Shown here piece by piece: positions 61,783 through 64,000 of a stretch of DNA of 64,000 nucleotides. The position numbers and the translations under genes are program-made. Location: assembly GCA_963762145.1 (NCBI GenBank), contig CAVXJS010000021.1, forward strand, positions 1,024,001-1,088,000, given 5' to 3'. Positions within the stretch are counted from its first letter, which is position 1. Each line of letters opens with the position of its first letter. This stretch comes from an uncultured Candidatus Rokubacteria bacterium. Its GTDB lineage: Bacteria; Methylomirabilota; Methylomirabilia; Rokubacteriales; CSP1-6. The notes under the pieces are model-generated. The model worked only from the letters and a program-made list of their open reading frames with translations. It was not told where the DNA came from and made no database searches.

Positions 61783-62218
61783 CGCTCCGTCGGGCGAGGA
61801 CGAGGACGGACCGGAAGATGATCGCCGTGCCGATGCCGAACACCAGGTGAAAGGCGACCTCGATCGGCACCATCGCGGGACGAAAGCCGCCGCCGACGCC
61901 GAGACCCTTCAGCGGCAGTACGACGAGCCAGTACACGATCAGAGGCGCGAGGCCGAAGACGAGCCCACCCGCCCACCATCCGAAACGAGCCGTCAGTCGC
62001 GGCTCGAGCCCGGCGTAGACCAGTCCCCAGAGCCCGGCCCAGAAGGCCAACGAAAGGCTCTTCGGCACGCCGAGGGGCGGCACCGGCATGAGGCTCCAGG
62101 GCAGGGCCGGCACCAGATGCGCCGCGTAGAGAACACTGCCAAGCCCGCCCTGGAAGATCAGGTGCGAGAGGGCCCCGGCCAGGAAGCCGAGGAAGAGGCG
62201 CGTCGAGGTCGTGGACAT
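61772..62218 (-). CDS. Hypothetical 4-TM membrane protein
   Basis: GFLAGALS..IFQ, VPPLGVP...AFWAGLWG; AAGGA RBS. Confidence 0.75.
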   Translation of the reverse strand: MSTTSTRLFLGFLAGALSHLIFQGGLGSVLYAAHLVPALPWSLMPVPPLGVPKSLSLAFWAGLWGLVYAGLEPRLTARFGWWAGGLVFGLAPLIVYWLVVLPLKGLGVGGGFRPAMVPIEVAFHLVFGIGTAIIFRSVLVLARRSVRP

Positions 62219-62246
62219 GTGGGAGTCCTTTCGAGCCGGGCCGGCC

Positions 62247-63788
62247 TCACCGCCGGCTGAATGCCAGCCAGGCGCCGAACAGGCGCTTGACCAGCGGGGT
62301 GAGCCGGGTGCGGTTGTAGGCGTCGCCCAGCTTGCGGATGGCCTCGACCTGCGTGGGATAGCTGTGGATGACGTTGGCGATCCGGCCAAGCCCGATGCCG
62401 TGGGCGATGGCCATGGTCAGCTCCGGCAACATCTCGCCGGCGTGCCGCGCCACGACGGTGGCGCCGAGAATCTTGTCGGTGCCCGCCCGCACGTGCACCT
62501 TGACGAAGCCCAGGGTGTCGCCGTCGATCGCCGCGCGATCCACGTCCTTGAACTCCTGGACGAACGTCCGAACGGCGATGCCCCGTGCAGCGGCGTCCCG
62601 CTCGTAGAGGCCGACGTGAGCGATCTCGGGGTCCGTGTACGTGCACCACGGCATGGTGAGCGCGCTCGCCCGCGCGCGACCGAAGAAGAGCGCGTTCTGG
62701 ATCACGATCCGCGCCTGGAAATCCGAGTTGTGCGTGAACTTGTGCCCGGGTACGACGTCGCCGGCGGCGTAGATACTCGAGTTGGTGGTCCGCAGTCGGT
62801 CGTCGACGGCCACGCCGAGCCGCGGGTCATAGGCCACCCCGACGCGCTCGAGGTCGAGACCCTCCACGTTGGGAGTGCGCCCCACGCCAACCAGGATCTG
62901 GTCCACCGCGAGCCGTTCGGCGCCGCCGCCCTGCGTGAAGAAGATGATCCGGTCGGCGCCGCTCCGCTCCACGCGCTCGATCTTCGCGCCCAGGCGCAAG
63001 TGGACGCCGTCGCGGATCATCGCCCGCTCGACGCGCTCCGCGGCGTCGCGGTCCTCGCGCGTGAGGATCTGGCCCTCAGCTTGGAGCAGCGACACCTCGG
63101 CGCCGAATCGGGCGAACGCCTGGGCCAGCTCGCAGCCGATGGGGCCCGCGCCGATCACGGCGAGCCGGCGCGGCAATTCGGTCAAGGTGAACACGGTCTC
63201 GTTCGTGAGATACCCAGCCTCGACGAGTCCCGGGATGGGCGGCGCCGCCGCGCGGGCGCCAGTGGCGATCACCGCCCGGCGGAAGCGAAGTGTGCGGCCC
63301 GCGACCTCGACGGCATCGGGCGCCGCAAAACGGGCGGCGCCGAAGAACACGTCCACTCCGAGATCCCGGAAGCGCGCGGCCGCGTCGGTCCGACTGAGCT
63401 CCGTGCGCAGCCGGCGCATGCGCTCCATGACCACCGCGAAGTCCACGGTGACACCGGGCGGCACGCGAACACCGTATTCCCCTGCCCCGTTCACGTCGGC
63501 GACGGCGCGCGCCGCGCGGATCAATCCCTTCGACGGCACGCAGCCGACGTTGAGGCAGTCACCACCCATCAGCTCGCGCTCGACGAGGGCGACGCGCGCT
63601 CCGAGTCCGGCCGCACCCGCCGCGGTCACTAGCCCGGCCGTCCCCGCACCGATCACCACGAGGTTGTACCGCCCCGCCGGCTCCGGATTGTGCCAGCCGT
63701 CGGGGTGCACGTTCGCCACGAGCGCCTGATTGTGGCGATCCCAGGGCTCGATGAGGATCGGTTCGGGGCGCTCGCCGCTCACGGCCAT
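62247..63788 (-). CDS. Mercuric reductase-like / E3-like flavoprotein disulfide reductase
   Basis: GAGTAG, GGDCLNVGCVPSK, GAGPIG, YTDPE, HSYPT; no C-terminal CC. Confidence 0.9.
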   Translation of the reverse strand: MAVSGERPEPILIEPWDRHNQALVANVHPDGWHNPEPAGRYNLVVIGAGTAGLVTAAGAAGLGARVALVERELMGGDCLNVGCVPSKGLIRAARAVADVNGAGEYGVRVPPGVTVDFAVVMERMRRLRTELSRTDAAARFRDLGVDVFFGAARFAAPDAVEVAGRTLRFRRAVIATGARAAAPPIPGLVEAGYLTNETVFTLTELPRRLAVIGAGPIGCELAQAFARFGAEVSLLQAEGQILTREDRDAAERVERAMIRDGVHLRLGAKIERVERSGADRIIFFTQGGGAERLAVDQILVGVGRTPNVEGLDLERVGVAYDPRLGVAVDDRLRTTNSSIYAAGDVVPGHKFTHNSDFQARIVIQNALFFGRARASALTMPWCTYTDPEIAHVGLYERDAAARGIAVRTFVQEFKDVDRAAIDGDTLGFVKVHVRAGTDKILGATVVARHAGEMLPELTMAIAHGIGLGRIANVIHSYPTQVEAIRKLGDAYNRTRLTPLVKRLFGAWLAFSRR

Positions 63789-63792
63789 GCGC

Positions 63793-64000
63793 TCATCCGA
63801 GCTGAGCGCGCCGGGCGAGGGCCCGCCGCGCCAGTCGCGTCACGTACACGGTGACGCCGATCGTCGCGGCCAGCCCGACCGCGTAGAGCGCCCATTCGGC
63901 CGGCGTGCGGCTCGTGCCGCCGCCGGCGCCGGCCAGGCTGCCCGCGACCGAGCCCAGGTAGACATACATCACGGTGCCCGGCATCATCCCGATCCACGAC
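63793..64000 (-). CDS. TVP38/TMEM64 (DedA/VTT) membrane protein, 3' part
   Basis: SWIGMMPGTVMYVYLGS...ARRAL. Confidence 0.85.
   Translation of the reverse strand, partial: SWIGMMPGTVMYVYLGSVAGSLAGAGGGTSRTPAEWALYAVGLAATIGVTVYVTRLARRALARRAQLG

Noticed and set aside
62247-63788. merA mercury-resistance locus
   Set aside because: No C-terminal Cys-Cys, no NmerA domain and no merR/T/P; pairing with a TVP38 protein is the usual context for this E3-like family

Overview
High-GC bacterial chromosome segment. Gene content and style (many amidohydrolases, ABC_sub_bind-type binding proteins, STAND-type class III cyclases, a CMK-like/BON protein) suggest a soil bacterium such as Ca. Rokubacteria; this is inference only. 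It holds about 65 accessory genes: the start of a type IV prepilin with a sigma54 promoter, MATE/CoA-ligase genes, an ECF-type stress operon (SRPBCC, DoxX, BNR beta-propeller, MoaD/ThiS-like, DUF1428), a peptide ABC transporter, two class III nucleotide cyclases, an LtaS-like protein, GH28/GH13 enzymes, a cNMP-patatin and several redox enzymes. I saw no rRNA, tRNA, CRISPR array, transposase or integrase. About 11 small frameshifts suggest long-read consensus errors, while four larger deletion scars look like real gene decay. Main observations: (1) an AhpD/CMD-family gene that the ORF track splits at an in-frame TGA, giving a CxxU motif followed by a bacterial SECIS-like hairpin (probable selenoprotein); (2) an orphan Mu-type holin and endolysin pair with no phage context, whose endolysin has become a Cys-paired lipoprotein; (3) two matching ECF42-type promoters ahead of DGPF/YciI operons, one containing a beta-propeller plus ubiquitin-like pair; (4) a promoter/leader motif found three times ahead of unrelated genes.
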